Below, in pieces: positions 39,113 through 49,362 of a stretch of DNA of 64,000 nucleotides. Position numbers and translations under genes: made by a program. The notes beneath the pieces are model-generated. The model had not been told where the DNA came from, did no database searches, and saw only the letters and a list, made by a program, of their open reading frames with translations. Within the stretch, counting starts at the first letter, position 1; every line of letters begins with the position of its first letter. The stretch covers positions 62,001 through 126,000 of the IMG/VR virus record IMGVR_UViG_3300046542_000227; one strand, written 5' to 3'.

Positions 39113-40056
39113 CTCGCCCTAATCCTGAGCTGAACAAGCTGCATCGTGAAAACCCACAGCCAGGGGACTGGTGGCAAGAGCACATGTGTTTTTACCATGT
39201 CGTGCTCAAGGTCTTCGAAGATGGTAGCGTTGTGATCGCCAAGCGTGACCGTAAGGTTACTGATGGTCAGCGTCCTGATCTGGCTGAAGCACATGTGGTG
39301 ACCAAGGTCCAGCATATGCAGAGCACCCAGGGTGCTGACGTGGTAACCGATAACGAGATGGGTCGTTACTGGTTGTCGGAGTGGGTTGACTGCTATGGCT
39401 CCAAGTACAAAGAGCTGCCGGTACCGATCATCCCACCGTTTATTTACAACGATGACGTACACATCGTGGGTTCGGCTGAGTTTGAGCTAGCTAAGTTGGG
39501 GCGTGATCGTCGGGCTGCCTACCAGAAGGTCCACGAGACGCTTGACGCCTACTTAAGCAATACGACCATTGAGACGTACAACGAACTAGCGGTTGTCCTC
39601 CACCACGCTCTGGGGCAGTTCCTCGCTCAATGCAAGCCGGTGAACTTTGCTGGCCTGCAGCTTGAAGTGGACTCTAACCAAGATCTGGATCTCGTGGTGT
39701 TCAGCACGTTCCAGTTCGGTAAGGAGCCTCGTGCCTTCTTCACCATGATCCGCGAGAAGGGTGTGGTGCCGTCGGCTGTCCCTGCAGATGTACATGGCTC
39801 GTTGGAGACCTACCTCAAGGACTTCGCTAACGATATCTCCCGTATGGCTTACCTGCCACTATCAGCGGTTCGGGTGATGTCGGAGCTAGGTATCGAGCTT
39901 GTGGGTATCACTGGTACCGATGGTACAGACATTACCGAGTTCCAGCTGACTTACCAATGGGCTGGTAGCACAATCCTCCTGCAGGTTAATCTCAAGCCGT
40001 TGATGGAAGACTGTGAGGCCATGAAAGAAATCCTCGCTGGACTGCATGACGTCTGA
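39109..40056 (+). CDS. Hypothetical protein; N-terminal module shared with 57783
   Basis: H..NPQPGDWWQEH.C. Confidence 0.7.
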   Translation: MTRPNPELNKLHRENPQPGDWWQEHMCFYHVVLKVFEDGSVVIAKRDRKVTDGQRPDLAEAHVVTKVQHMQSTQGADVVTDNEMGRYWLSEWVDCYGSKYKELPVPIIPPFIYNDDVHIVGSAEFELAKLGRDRRAAYQKVHETLDAYLSNTTIETYNELAVVLHHALGQFLAQCKPVNFAGLQLEVDSNQDLDLVVFSTFQFGKEPRAFFTMIREKGVVPSAVPADVHGSLETYLKDFANDISRMAYLPLSAVRVMSELGIELVGITGTDGTDITEFQLTYQWAGSTILLQVNLKPLMEDCEAMKEILAGLHDV

Positions 40057-40195
40057 ATAAGCCTACTTGGGTGCTTTATACGGTGTTGGACCTTCGGGTC
40101 TGACACCTATTTCTTTTTTGCTGGATTCTAGACTAACTAAGACCTATATAACGGGGTTGATGTAGCTTATTCAATCTCGTCGTAAGGAGTCTCAA

Positions 40196-40462
40196 ATGCG
40201 TCAACCTCCAGAGCCGTCCCGTTGGTATCTCGTGATCTCCACGCTGACCATCGCTTTGATCATTGGACTGGCCTACTACAAACGCCCGTTGGGTATGACT
40301 GAGGTAGAACGTTGGAAAGCTTCCCCAGCTGCTGAGAAGCGTCAAGCTTGGGCCGCCAACTGCATTATCGAAAGTCAAGACAATGAGCCTGCCAGTTTAG
40401 TGGTAGACCAGTGCATGAGTGATGCACAAAAACTTTATCCAGACGTAATCGAACAGGAGTAA
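40196..40462 (+). CDS. Small membrane-anchored protein
   Basis: TAAGGAG RBS; TM helix; promoter variant CTATATAAC at 40144. Confidence 0.65.
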   Translation: MRQPPEPSRWYLVISTLTIALIIGLAYYKRPLGMTEVERWKASPAAEKRQAWAANCIIESQDNEPASLVVDQCMSDAQKLYPDVIEQE

Positions 40463-40466
40463 CCCC

Positions 40467-41699
40467 ATGGAAGTAGAACACGGAGATTACTCCACCACCC
40501 CTAAAGCTGAACACTTGGGTAGCTTGGCGCTCAACCCATTCACTACGGTCGAGCGTCAATCGCCTGTTCGTAGTGCGGGAGAATCGGAAACCCGGCATAG
40601 TGGTGTTACCTTTCGCAATGCCCTCGGTGAGTTGATTAAACCAGAGCAGATGAATCAGGTATTGATGCCACGTGGTTTGATCAGTGACATCGATTCAGAC
40701 ATCTTCGCCGCTCCGACCATCAATCGGACGAACTATGGTAGTTTGCTGGAGCAGTATGTAGCCAGTACCCTGGGTCCGGATCAACAGGCTATGATCAAAC
40801 CTAACGAAGACGGTAGTTACGAAGTCATCAAAGTCGGTGACGAACCGACCAGTGCACAGAAAGCCCTGCTTTACAACCGGCAACAGTTGCGTGAAGGCAA
40901 CGCAGAGCACAACCGCCAGTTGAGCGATTCAGAGTACTTCAATCGTAAGCTGTTGTTGAATGCCAGCAATGCTGACTTTGATGGTAATGCACTGCAAGGT
41001 GCGGCGCCACGTCCTCTGGTTAAGTTCATCTTCGAACCTAACACCGTAATGCGTTTGACCATGGCCAAGGCTAAGCAAGAAGTTCGTATTCCATTCGGGG
41101 AATGCCTGTTCATCTTCAACAGTCTGGTGCCTGGTGGTGAGATGCAGGTCTTGGCTAAAGAGATCTCTACCACCAAGTTCTTCTTCTGGATGACCATCGC
41201 TCGGATGGAAGTCATGGTTCAGGTCAATCAGTTCCGTGACAAGAAGAAAGGCAAGGTCTACTACAAAGCGTTCTTGGCTGAAGGTATCGGCAAGGTGCTG
41301 AGTCCGGATCATCCTGCGAATGAGTACAAGGATGAAGCCGAGTGTCTGCTCGATCCGATCTTTGGTTTCTTGGATGCACGGGCTCGTGGTGTTTATGCTG
41401 TCGAGTGCAATGGTGACTACTATCCATCGAACCAGATTCCAGGGGAAGCAAAAGAGGGCGACGTCTACAAGATCCTCAAGATGATTCCGAAACGTGATCC
41501 GAAAGCACGGGTATGGAAAGGTGGTACTCACGCCTCACCGCGTGAACATGAACGTCAGGATCACTGGCGTACATTGCGTAACGGGGAACGTCGTCACTTC
41601 CCTGCTGTAACTGTCAACAAGGGCAAGACGAAAGGCAAAGTCATCAAAGACTACCAGATCGTCGAACACAATAACCATGGGGAAACTGCTTTATCATGA
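40467..41699 (+). CDS. Hypothetical phage protein
   Basis: AGGAG RBS; C-terminal HASPREH.R..HWR motif. Confidence 0.7.
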   Translation: MEVEHGDYSTTPKAEHLGSLALNPFTTVERQSPVRSAGESETRHSGVTFRNALGELIKPEQMNQVLMPRGLISDIDSDIFAAPTINRTNYGSLLEQYVASTLGPDQQAMIKPNEDGSYEVIKVGDEPTSAQKALLYNRQQLREGNAEHNRQLSDSEYFNRKLLLNASNADFDGNALQGAAPRPLVKFIFEPNTVMRLTMAKAKQEVRIPFGECLFIFNSLVPGGEMQVLAKEISTTKFFFWMTIARMEVMVQVNQFRDKKKGKVYYKAFLAEGIGKVLSPDHPANEYKDEAECLLDPIFGFLDARARGVYAVECNGDYYPSNQIPGEAKEGDVYKILKMIPKRDPKARVWKGGTHASPREHERQDHWRTLRNGERRHFPAVTVNKGKTKGKVIKDYQIVEHNNHGETALS

Positions 41700-42196
41700 A
41701 GTCAGCGTTGATGTTGTTTGGTGGTGTGGCACTGGCGGCAGTTGCTACATTCGGTATGTTGGGTAGTGCCCATGCTCGGGGTGGGGGTCACTCTAGCGGG
41801 CATAGCAGTGGCCACTCCAGTGGCCACAGTTCTGGGCATAGCTCAGGGCATTCGGTAGGGGCGCATTCGACGGCTACGTCGCACAGCTCTTCTAACAACC
41901 TACCACTGTACTTGATGATGGCGTCACACCCACATCACGCTCATGCCGGTAGTTCGTCGATCGTAACGGCAGAAGGTACTGTTGAAGTAGCAACCCCATT
42001 GTTGACCATCTGTAACCAAGAGCAACTGCAACAAGCTCAGGTTTGGCAACAGGACTGTAAGGAGCTGAGTGACATCAGCTACCACATGTGCCCGATCATG
42101 TCGTACTTTCGTTACTGTACGGCGGCTACGCCAGAACAAGTCGCTGGACTGTCACCAGTCAAGCCACTGTATCACAACGTCTATCTACAGCCGTAA
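41696..42196 (+). CDS. Secreted protein with GHSS repeats and Cys-rich C-terminus
   Basis: Signal peptide ending AHA; five GHSS repeats; four Cys. Confidence 0.7.
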   Translation: MKSALMLFGGVALAAVATFGMLGSAHARGGGHSSGHSSGHSSGHSSGHSSGHSVGAHSTATSHSSSNNLPLYLMMASHPHHAHAGSSSIVTAEGTVEVATPLLTICNQEQLQQAQVWQQDCKELSDISYHMCPIMSYFRYCTAATPEQVAGLSPVKPLYHNVYLQP

Positions 42197-42236
42197 CACA
42201 CGGGGCTTCGGCCCCTTTCTCTTTTGGGGAATAACA

Positions 42237-42629
42237 ATGACATTGGAAGAGTTGTTGGCTCGGGGCATCCATAGTAGCACCGACGGTTGCTTCTTGCGTT
42301 CTGCCCCTAAACCACTGGACGCGGATACCTTCGATATACTGCGGACGTTCGTGGCAAACCCCCTCTCGACGCACATCGCTTGGGTGGTGGGCCGTGAGGT
42401 CCGTCAACGTTTGCTTAACCGTAAGGTCTTGGGTTCTCCTAAAGAGTTCAAGCTCAATGGTCACGTTGATCACACGGGCGTTATCGGTCAGTTGCGCTAT
42501 GGCAATGTCTATGGCTTTACTGATGATACCTTGGTTGCTGCAGATAGCTTGATCGCAATCGCAGTTGATAAGAACAACAACGTTTTGGAATATACTGGTG
42601 TCCGTATTGACACCGACCGGGAGTATTGA
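42237..42629 (+). CDS. Hypothetical protein
   Basis: GGGGA RBS. Confidence 0.6.
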   Translation: MTLEELLARGIHSSTDGCFLRSAPKPLDADTFDILRTFVANPLSTHIAWVVGREVRQRLLNRKVLGSPKEFKLNGHVDHTGVIGQLRYGNVYGFTDDTLVAADSLIAIAVDKNNNVLEYTGVRIDTDREY

Positions 42630-43022
42630 ATGGGTACCCAAGCTTTAATAGAACAACTCACCTTCGTTCGTTACGCTGAGGATAAAGAGATCCCTCCTCG
42701 CTTTGACCTGCTGGAACGGATGTGGGTTTGCATGGACACTGACCAGTACCCGATTGAGCCGAGTCTGGCTGACGGGTATGTCTGCCTGATGGCGGATGAT
42801 CGTCAAGTCGGTGTGTGGTACTACAAACTGATCGATGGGTTGTTCGGTCCGAAGCGTACGTATCTGCTCGACATGCCTCAGCTGTTTCGTGAACTGCGTG
42901 ACACGCTGCAACCTTACGCTGCAGAACACTTTACCCTGGGTGCTGTACGGATGCGGGCACAGTACGTACCGCATTTGTCAATGACACCAGAAACCCCTAA
43001 CGATGTAGTCACCCTCTGCTGA
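42630..43022 (+). CDS. Hypothetical protein
   Basis: GGAG RBS. Confidence 0.6.
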   Translation: MGTQALIEQLTFVRYAEDKEIPPRFDLLERMWVCMDTDQYPIEPSLADGYVCLMADDRQVGVWYYKLIDGLFGPKRTYLLDMPQLFRELRDTLQPYAAEHFTLGAVRMRAQYVPHLSMTPETPNDVVTLC

Positions 43023-43030
43023 GGTGTCCT

Positions 43031-43792
43031 ATGCAAATTGAAAAGGATCCAGTAACCGATGGTCCGTTGATACGGGTGCGTTTTCAAGTGCCGGGTAGTA
43101 CTAGTCCGGTGAATTGGCCGATTCCGTATCCTTCATGGTGTTCTGGTAGCAACAGTCAGGGTAACTATGTTGTTGCCTATGTTAAAGACACCGAGACCCT
43201 GTTGAAGAACTGGCCTGACGCATTCGACATCGATGTCTTTGAAGAAGGGTTACAAGAGGTCACTTATACCGACCGCTTCCCACGGCCAGTACACATGACT
43301 CCTGAAGGGATGGCTAAGGCTCTAGAGGACTACAAGGGGTATCCCGTCTACGGAGAAACTGGTGCCTTTGCGTATACGAAAGATGGCTATGATCAGGCAT
43401 GTCGTGCTATCCGGAAGTTTCCGAAGGTATGGTCACCTGCTGACGATCTTGACCTTGATGCTAATCTCCGGATCCATCAGGCTAATGCCGCGGTATGGGG
43501 TAAGCCGGTTGAACTGCAAGAGGCGATGATCAATGCCCCGGTAGATCCTGCACTGTGGGCAACTCGCCAGCTCTATTGGGAACTGTCTAAGGGTATCCAT
43601 GACACCATCGAACTTACATGTGGTCTAGACTACAAAGAGTCTCAATATGTCACCGGAAAGGTTATGGCACATATCGGCAGGACCCTACAGGGCGATGGCG
43701 TTGATGACGGTTACTTTGTAGCGCATCGTTGTGAGCCAGACGTAGACCTTAGTCTGCACATGGCTTCTTATTTTGATGACATTAATACCTAG
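43031..43792 (+). CDS. Hypothetical protein with C-terminal DIN-family domain (ends YFDDINT)
   Basis: GAGGTG RBS; DDGYFV...DLSLHMASYFDDINT. Confidence 0.7.
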   Translation: MQIEKDPVTDGPLIRVRFQVPGSTSPVNWPIPYPSWCSGSNSQGNYVVAYVKDTETLLKNWPDAFDIDVFEEGLQEVTYTDRFPRPVHMTPEGMAKALEDYKGYPVYGETGAFAYTKDGYDQACRAIRKFPKVWSPADDLDLDANLRIHQANAAVWGKPVELQEAMINAPVDPALWATRQLYWELSKGIHDTIELTCGLDYKESQYVTGKVMAHIGRTLQGDGVDDGYFVAHRCEPDVDLSLHMASYFDDINT

Positions 43793-43801
43793 GGAGTAGG
43801 T

Positions 43802-44143
43802 ATGCATACGCGTCGTGTTGGAACAATCGGTCATCTGCCTTATCGTGATCCGGACTATATCAGCAATGCCGAACGTCGTGAGATGATCGCTAAAGCTGAA
43901 GCAGACCCGGTTAAGCATCACACCATCGGGGTTTATAACAACGACAGTTATAAAGAGAACTGTGTACCTTCCAGTGAACTGCAACAGCATGTGGATTACA
44001 ACACGTCGTCTCGCCCAGGACGTGCGTTGTTCGTAGATGGTAAGTGTGTACACCGTGGGTATTTGTCGGAAGAACGGGCAGCCGAATGGGAAGAGAAGAT
44101 CCGTGGTTGGCCAATGCCTGCCATTAACTATCCTCGTCACTGA
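43802..44143 (+). CDS. Hypothetical protein
   Basis: GGAG RBS. Confidence 0.65.
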   Translation: MHTRRVGTIGHLPYRDPDYISNAERREMIAKAEADPVKHHTIGVYNNDSYKENCVPSSELQQHVDYNTSSRPGRALFVDGKCVHRGYLSEERAAEWEEKIRGWPMPAINYPRH

Positions 44144-44151
44144 GGTGCATC

Positions 44152-44388
44152 ATGTCTAACGAACTTAAGGCTACCCCAGAGCAACTGGCTGAGGTAGCGA
44201 CACTTATGCCACGAATCGCTACGCGGATTGATCCGGAACATCTCGACGTCATTGCCTGTAACCTTGACTTGGTTTTGTTTCGTGATCACACCGTGCGTGC
44301 TGAGCTACCTTACATGACCCGTGTTGCACGGGCTACCAGATACGATCTAATCGCACTGGTACAACGAATCAACAAACTACGCCCTTGA
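44152..44388 (+). CDS. Hypothetical protein, paralog of the N-terminus of the next gene
   Basis: AT..QLAE.....PRI..R.....LD..A.NLDL. Confidence 0.65.
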   Translation: MSNELKATPEQLAEVATLMPRIATRIDPEHLDVIACNLDLVLFRDHTVRAELPYMTRVARATRYDLIALVQRINKLRP

Positions 44389-44396
44389 GGTGAATC

Positions 44397-45116
44397 ATGT
44401 CGATGGTCAATACGGCAACCGCAGCACAGTTGGCTGAACTCAAACTTTCTGTTCCTCGTATTGGGGATCGTCTGAATGAAGATCAGCTCGACACACTGGC
44501 TACTAACTTGGACCTAATTATCCGGGTTAGTGTCACCGATACTGAAGTCAAGGAATACGCGCTGCGTGACTTGCTGCGTAAGATGGTTGCCGATGAAGCC
44601 GACAGCTATAACAACCTGATCGACTTGGTGCGCCACATCAACTTCAAGTCGCTCGGTCCCATGATCGATAAGCAGATCGAGATGGCGATTGCATTGGCAG
44701 GTTTTGCTATACAGCCGGTCTTTGCTATGGGTGATGGTACACCGTCGTATGCGTACACCATGGGTCTGAACTTCCGTGCGGGTATTGAGCTATTAGCCGT
44801 GGCTGGTGAAGACGCGCGTCTGTTGCAATACGTGGTTGGTCGCTATGCCAAGTTGGCTTTGGCCAAGGAAGACCTGCTCAAGGAACGCAATGATGTTCTG
44901 AAGATGTCGACGCATGTTGGGTATGGTGTGCGAACTAAATGTGTTCCTGTTGCTGCGAGCTTTGCATTAGAGAACTACATGCATGGCAAGCGCGGCGAGG
45001 TCACTCAGGTTTACCAGATTATCATTGCGGATAAGAACAATCTCTTTCCTGATGAATCTGGATATGACGTGGGTTGGAACCAACCACGATTACCAAGAGT
45101 TAAAGCTGAGGGTTAA
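44397..45116 (+). CDS. DUF4262-like protein with extra N-terminal domain
   Basis: GFAIQPV.....PSYAYTMGL...EL, QII.AD.N..FP...GY...QP.L. Confidence 0.6.
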   Translation: MSMVNTATAAQLAELKLSVPRIGDRLNEDQLDTLATNLDLIIRVSVTDTEVKEYALRDLLRKMVADEADSYNNLIDLVRHINFKSLGPMIDKQIEMAIALAGFAIQPVFAMGDGTPSYAYTMGLNFRAGIELLAVAGEDARLLQYVVGRYAKLALAKEDLLKERNDVLKMSTHVGYGVRTKCVPVAASFALENYMHGKRGEVTQVYQIIIADKNNLFPDESGYDVGWNQPRLPRVKAEG

Positions 45117-45118
45117 AG

Positions 45119-45634
45119 ATGTCAACGCATCGCATTGCTGGGTACGATATCGATGGCTGCACCATTGACGTGCTACATAAGCTGTATTTCCGTGGGGCAC
45201 AGGAGTCGGGTGATCTACCATCCAAAGGCGGTATGTCCAGCCTGATCTCCTTGGGTTGGGCTCAGACCGACTGGGATCAACACCAGCCACACAGTCTCAC
45301 CAGTGCCGGCAAGATCATTGCCCAGCTGTATTACGAAGAGAAGGCTAAGCGTGCAGCCGACGTACTCAGTACTCCTTACCTGTCTCAAGGTGATCTGACT
45401 AAAGCGATTGCCGACGGTAACATCCGTTGGATGGGTCGTGGTAAGCCAGACATCCGTGAATGGGTGCCGGCTGATACCGCGTACAAGCTGGACGATATCA
45501 AACACGATATCGGTTTCTCGACCAAGACCTTCCGTGGTCAGCACCCCGAGTCTGGGGATCACATCTGCCTCACCTTCACCGTCGCGCCATCTGGCACCGA
45601 TTGCAAAGTTATTATCGTTGGGGAATCTGTTTAA
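45119..45634 (+). CDS. Hypothetical protein
   Basis: Operon context. Confidence 0.6.
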   Translation: MSTHRIAGYDIDGCTIDVLHKLYFRGAQESGDLPSKGGMSSLISLGWAQTDWDQHQPHSLTSAGKIIAQLYYEEKAKRAADVLSTPYLSQGDLTKAIADGNIRWMGRGKPDIREWVPADTAYKLDDIKHDIGFSTKTFRGQHPESGDHICLTFTVAPSGTDCKVIIVGESV

Positions 45635-45919
45635 GTGAAGTTGCCACTCTTTATTGCTGCAATGTTGTTGGGTAGTATTGCACAAGCGGCTGAGCCGGTT
45701 GGTGCTGTAAAGGCTGAAGTCATCAGCGCCAACTGTGTCGCCAAGAAAGTCGTTGGTATTAGTGCACTGTTTAGCAGTGGTGCTACTTATCAATGCCGAC
45801 TGTGGATCGAATCCGAACACGGTCAGGAACACATCAATCTCAACATCGACCATGAGGTTAAGCGTGGGGACAAGTTCCTCCTCGTACAAACCAACGATGG
45901 TTCCCACACTCTACTCTAA
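45635..45919 (+). CDS. Small secreted protein
   Basis: Signal peptide ending AQA. Confidence 0.6.
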   Translation: MKLPLFIAAMLLGSIAQAAEPVGAVKAEVISANCVAKKVVGISALFSSGATYQCRLWIESEHGQEHINLNIDHEVKRGDKFLLVQTNDGSHTLL

Positions 45920-45927
45920 GGTGATCT

Positions 45928-46374
45928 ATGAGCCTCCACTTTACCGTTGTTGGTTTCGGCAAGCAACCTACCATTACCAGTGATACGCTGTTGCAGTACA
46001 TGGCGTACGATCCCGAAGTAGCGAACCGGGTTGTTGAAGGTAAGCTTGAGTACTTCGAGGTGCGTACCAAGGTGGAGGGTGTTCAGGTGATGCACATCGC
46101 TGTGCGTGATTCGAACATCAACTCTGAGAACCTGTGTCTGGTGTTCGAGCAGCCGTTCCCGGCTGAGCGTGCTGAAGATGCGGCGTGGATCGATGCCCGT
46201 ACTTACACGATGGGTATCCTCCTCGGCGAAACCATCTCCCGTTGTGGTGGTGAACTCCATGGGGTTGAAGGGTTGCTGGAAGACAAGTTCGGCAATGCCG
46301 GCTATTGCATCTCCGGTGTAGGTGAACGACTCGAAGCCGACCTAGCTAAGGCGCAGGTATTCCTGCAGGGGTGA
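45928..46374 (+). CDS. Hypothetical protein, tandem paralog
   Basis: MS...TVV.F...P; EV.T.V.G..V.H...RD shared with next gene. Confidence 0.7.
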   Translation: MSLHFTVVGFGKQPTITSDTLLQYMAYDPEVANRVVEGKLEYFEVRTKVEGVQVMHIAVRDSNINSENLCLVFEQPFPAERAEDAAWIDARTYTMGILLGETISRCGGELHGVEGLLEDKFGNAGYCISGVGERLEADLAKAQVFLQG

Positions 46375-46377
46375 GTC

Positions 46378-46842
46378 ATGAGCTTCAACATTACAGTTGT
46401 TGCTTTTGATCGGGAGCCTAACCTCGACGATGTACTCTTAATGGAGTATCGGGGTTTCGATGGAGATCTGGTTGGCAAGGAGACCCTGTGTACTCTGCAT
46501 TTCTACGAGGTGAAAACTGACGTAGCGGGTGCACGGGTTATCCATGTCCAGTTCCGTGATCAGTTGGTTAGCTCAGACAACATGGTGTTGGTCTTTGAAG
46601 ACATCATCCCTGAAGGCACCACCACAGCCGCCGATATTCCGGTTGAAACAACGGAGCGGGTTCAAGGCGTGCTGGCGGAAACGGTACAACGGTTAGAGTG
46701 CTTTGATCTCAGCCGGGTTCAGCACGGTTATAGCTACGGGCGGTCGATGGTCTTCTGCTTTCTTGGTGTTAAGAAGGTCATTGATGAAGACATCGCCATG
46801 GGTAATCGTAAAACGTTTAAGGTCATAAAAGACGAGGGGTAA
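46378..46842 (+). CDS. Hypothetical protein, tandem paralog
   Basis: Similar to 45928 ORF. Confidence 0.7.
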   Translation: MSFNITVVAFDREPNLDDVLLMEYRGFDGDLVGKETLCTLHFYEVKTDVAGARVIHVQFRDQLVSSDNMVLVFEDIIPEGTTTAADIPVETTERVQGVLAETVQRLECFDLSRVQHGYSYGRSMVFCFLGVKKVIDEDIAMGNRKTFKVIKDEG

Positions 46843-46872
46843 TACCCTCGTCTATGTCCAGTAGGAGTTATA

Positions 46873-47112
46873 ATGAAATCGATTCTTTTGGTATCGTCTG
46901 TTATTTCAGCAGTGGGTAATGGTGGACATGCCCTGTCTGAAAGCACGGTGGAGTACGCCAGTCAAAAAGCCTGTGCTCAAGCGGTAGAAATCCGCACTGG
47001 TAAAACCATGACTCCAACTAACGGTGGTCTGCGTCTGGAGATCCCGGTCGGGGTAGGTAACGGCAAGACTGTGTTCGTGTGCAGTCCATATGGGTCAGCA
47101 GCTGATGAGTAA
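46873..47112 (+). CDS. Small secreted protein
   Basis: AGGAG RBS; two Cys. Confidence 0.6.
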   Translation: MKSILLVSSVISAVGNGGHALSESTVEYASQKACAQAVEIRTGKTMTPTNGGLRLEIPVGVGNGKTVFVCSPYGSAADE

Positions 47113-47392
47113 TAATCCTGAATCCTTCGGTCCTTTAACGCCAGCTGAAGACAAGGAACTTATGGCTATTGTCTTCCATGATGATTCCATCTACGAGCTG
47201 GAGAAAGCCAGTAAGTGGTATCAGCGAGTGATCAATGGTTTGCTGGATGGCGATATCGCTAAGCCCCGGTTTGAATCGGAGCTGAAACAGATCACTCGTT
47301 GTCTTGATCTTAAGCGCCGTAAAGATGAGTGGGGTGTCGCTGAAGTTATCACCCTCACTGAAATTCATACCCAAGGAGTAACGCATGCTTGA
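47105..47392 (+). CDS. Hypothetical protein
   Basis: Overlapping start. Confidence 0.55.
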   Translation: MSNNPESFGPLTPAEDKELMAIVFHDDSIYELEKASKWYQRVINGLLDGDIAKPRFESELKQITRCLDLKRRKDEWGVAEVITLTEIHTQGVTHA

Positions 47393-48071
47393 TGCACTGT
47401 TAAAAGAGATCATTTCGTATCTCAAGCAATACAACCCCAACCCAATGGCGCCGTACCACTGCAACGAACACATGGAAGGCGTGTGGCATATCGCCAAAGA
47501 GATCTGGGACGTTGAGAAACTTGACCCTCAGTATGCTCTGCCGGATGCTGAAGAGGTCATGGCTATTCAGCTGATGCTGGCGTGCATGTTCCACGACTTC
47601 GGCCACACTGGCGGTATGATGAATGATCGTGAGAACATTCGTCGTGCGGTTAAGGCACTCAAGCGTTTCGTGTTGGTTGACTCCAAGGTCATCAACAAGA
47701 AGGTTGCCAAGAAGTACAAGGACAGCCTAGGGTTCATGCTCTGGGGTGCCATTGCACTGATCGACGTGACCGAGTATCCATTCGTGAAGACTCCGGTTAA
47801 TAAGCTGGAATTCATTATCCGTGACGCCGACCTGCTCTACACGACTGTTCGTGGTGAGCCAGAGATCGTGATGGATAAGCTGCGTATGGAGATCGAACGT
47901 AGCCAAGGCCGCACTATCACCCACGCCGAAATGGCTGAAGGTCAGCAAGCATTCATGTCCAGCGCACAGCTCTTCACCCCAACCGGGAAGAAGATCTGGG
48001 ACGAGAAGGCTACTGCGTTCTTCACCAAACTCAACGACTTCGCTGCTGAGCAAGCGGCAGCCACAGCCTAA
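47385..48071 (+). CDS. HD-domain phosphohydrolase
   Basis: PYHCNEH, ACMFHDFGH, IIRDADL. Confidence 0.85.
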   Translation: MLDALLKEIISYLKQYNPNPMAPYHCNEHMEGVWHIAKEIWDVEKLDPQYALPDAEEVMAIQLMLACMFHDFGHTGGMMNDRENIRRAVKALKRFVLVDSKVINKKVAKKYKDSLGFMLWGAIALIDVTEYPFVKTPVNKLEFIIRDADLLYTTVRGEPEIVMDKLRMEIERSQGRTITHAEMAEGQQAFMSSAQLFTPTGKKIWDEKATAFFTKLNDFAAEQAAATA

Positions 48072-48086
48072 CTGAGGATACTACCC

Positions 48087-48770
48087 ATGGCCACCAACAT
48101 TCTGTCGCTGGATGCGTTCATCAAGAACCGGTCTGAGCAAGGTGCACAAGAGTTTCGTACGTGGTTGCTGGAATTCGCTAAACGCATAGCGACGGCCTCG
48201 TACGATCCGCTCTGTCCGTACCCATTGTCCTTTCAGGTAATCTGTGCCGGTTGGGCACTCTACCTTGAGAACGACAAGATAACAGATTGGTGGGTGGCTG
48301 GGGTAGTGCCTATTGTAGAGAAGTGTGCTGACACCGTGAAGATACGGTTCGTCAGTGGGCTTGCTGATAAAGTAGAGGGCGAGTACCAAACGGTTGCTGA
48401 GATCGATTTGGCTCGCCATCTACGCACCGAGCGTCAGGACACCGATTTGGTGATGGCCTTCGGTCAGGCTTTGAACAGTTACGAAGGGCCGTCTGTATTA
48501 ATGCAGGCGTTGCCCTTTGTCAATATGCTCAAATTCGCTGTACGCGACATGGACTTCAGCTACCACTCGTTAACACAAGAGGGTGACTTGATCACACTGG
48601 TCATGGTTGGTTTAACCGAACAGTTCACCCTGCGGTTTCATTTCGAGCACGCTCGGCTGAGCCTAGAACGGTTGAAAGAAGACATGGCGCGACAAGAGCG
48701 ACGTACTGGAGAGCCATTGAACGTCGATTGGAATATCTTTAACAGGGCTGTGGATTGGGATAAGGAGTAA
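48087..48770 (+). CDS. Hypothetical protein
   Basis: GAGGA RBS. Confidence 0.65.
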   Translation: MATNILSLDAFIKNRSEQGAQEFRTWLLEFAKRIATASYDPLCPYPLSFQVICAGWALYLENDKITDWWVAGVVPIVEKCADTVKIRFVSGLADKVEGEYQTVAEIDLARHLRTERQDTDLVMAFGQALNSYEGPSVLMQALPFVNMLKFAVRDMDFSYHSLTQEGDLITLVMVGLTEQFTLRFHFEHARLSLERLKEDMARQERRTGEPLNVDWNIFNRAVDWDKE

Positions 48771-48774
48771 TACA

Positions 48775-49302
48775 ATGCTTAACCGGTTTCTCTACTGGTT
48801 ATTCCATCGCCGACTAACGTTTCTGTTAATCGGTCGAGCGTTAGATGCACAGTACCCTAGTGTACTGGTAAAGCTTAAGGGCATGACTGAGGACTATCAC
48901 ATCGTGGCCCTCACAAAAGGCAGTGTCCTGTTTCTACTGAACGACCATCGACTGGCTAGTGAACCACGGTCTAAGTTGGTTGCTTTCACGTTTCAAGAAT
49001 ACCTGCAACTGCAAGAACGTATCGAGAACTGGAAGACCAGTGAACCCTACCAGAAGATTCTACGGGGTATCTCTAAGATACGGGATATGTCTGCTCAACG
49101 TGAGTCGGTCCATGTCCATCTGAACATACCCGGTAAGGACAGCGCATATAGCTGCACTGCCTATTTCCTCAACTGTCAGTCGTTTATGCGAGGAGTAATG
49201 CAATGCACCCACACACTGTGGTTGGTTGTATTCGCTGAACTGACAACAACCGAAGCATACCTGCCTCACGAAGTAAAGATACGTTTACCGAGTAAGGCAT
49301 AA
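48775..49302 (+). CDS. Hypothetical protein
   Basis: TAAGGAG RBS. Confidence 0.6.
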   Translation: MLNRFLYWLFHRRLTFLLIGRALDAQYPSVLVKLKGMTEDYHIVALTKGSVLFLLNDHRLASEPRSKLVAFTFQEYLQLQERIENWKTSEPYQKILRGISKIRDMSAQRESVHVHLNIPGKDSAYSCTAYFLNCQSFMRGVMQCTHTLWLVVFAELTTTEAYLPHEVKIRLPSKA

Positions 49303-49362
49303 CGCCGAAAGGCACAAAGGTCACCAACCATCGACGGTGACATTAATGAAGGAGCCCACACT

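Noticed and set aside
41785-41855. Possible CRISPR-like or DNA tandem repeat
   Set aside because: Degenerate at DNA level; it is a protein GHSS repeat. No CRISPR array, reverse transcriptase or integrase was seen in the window
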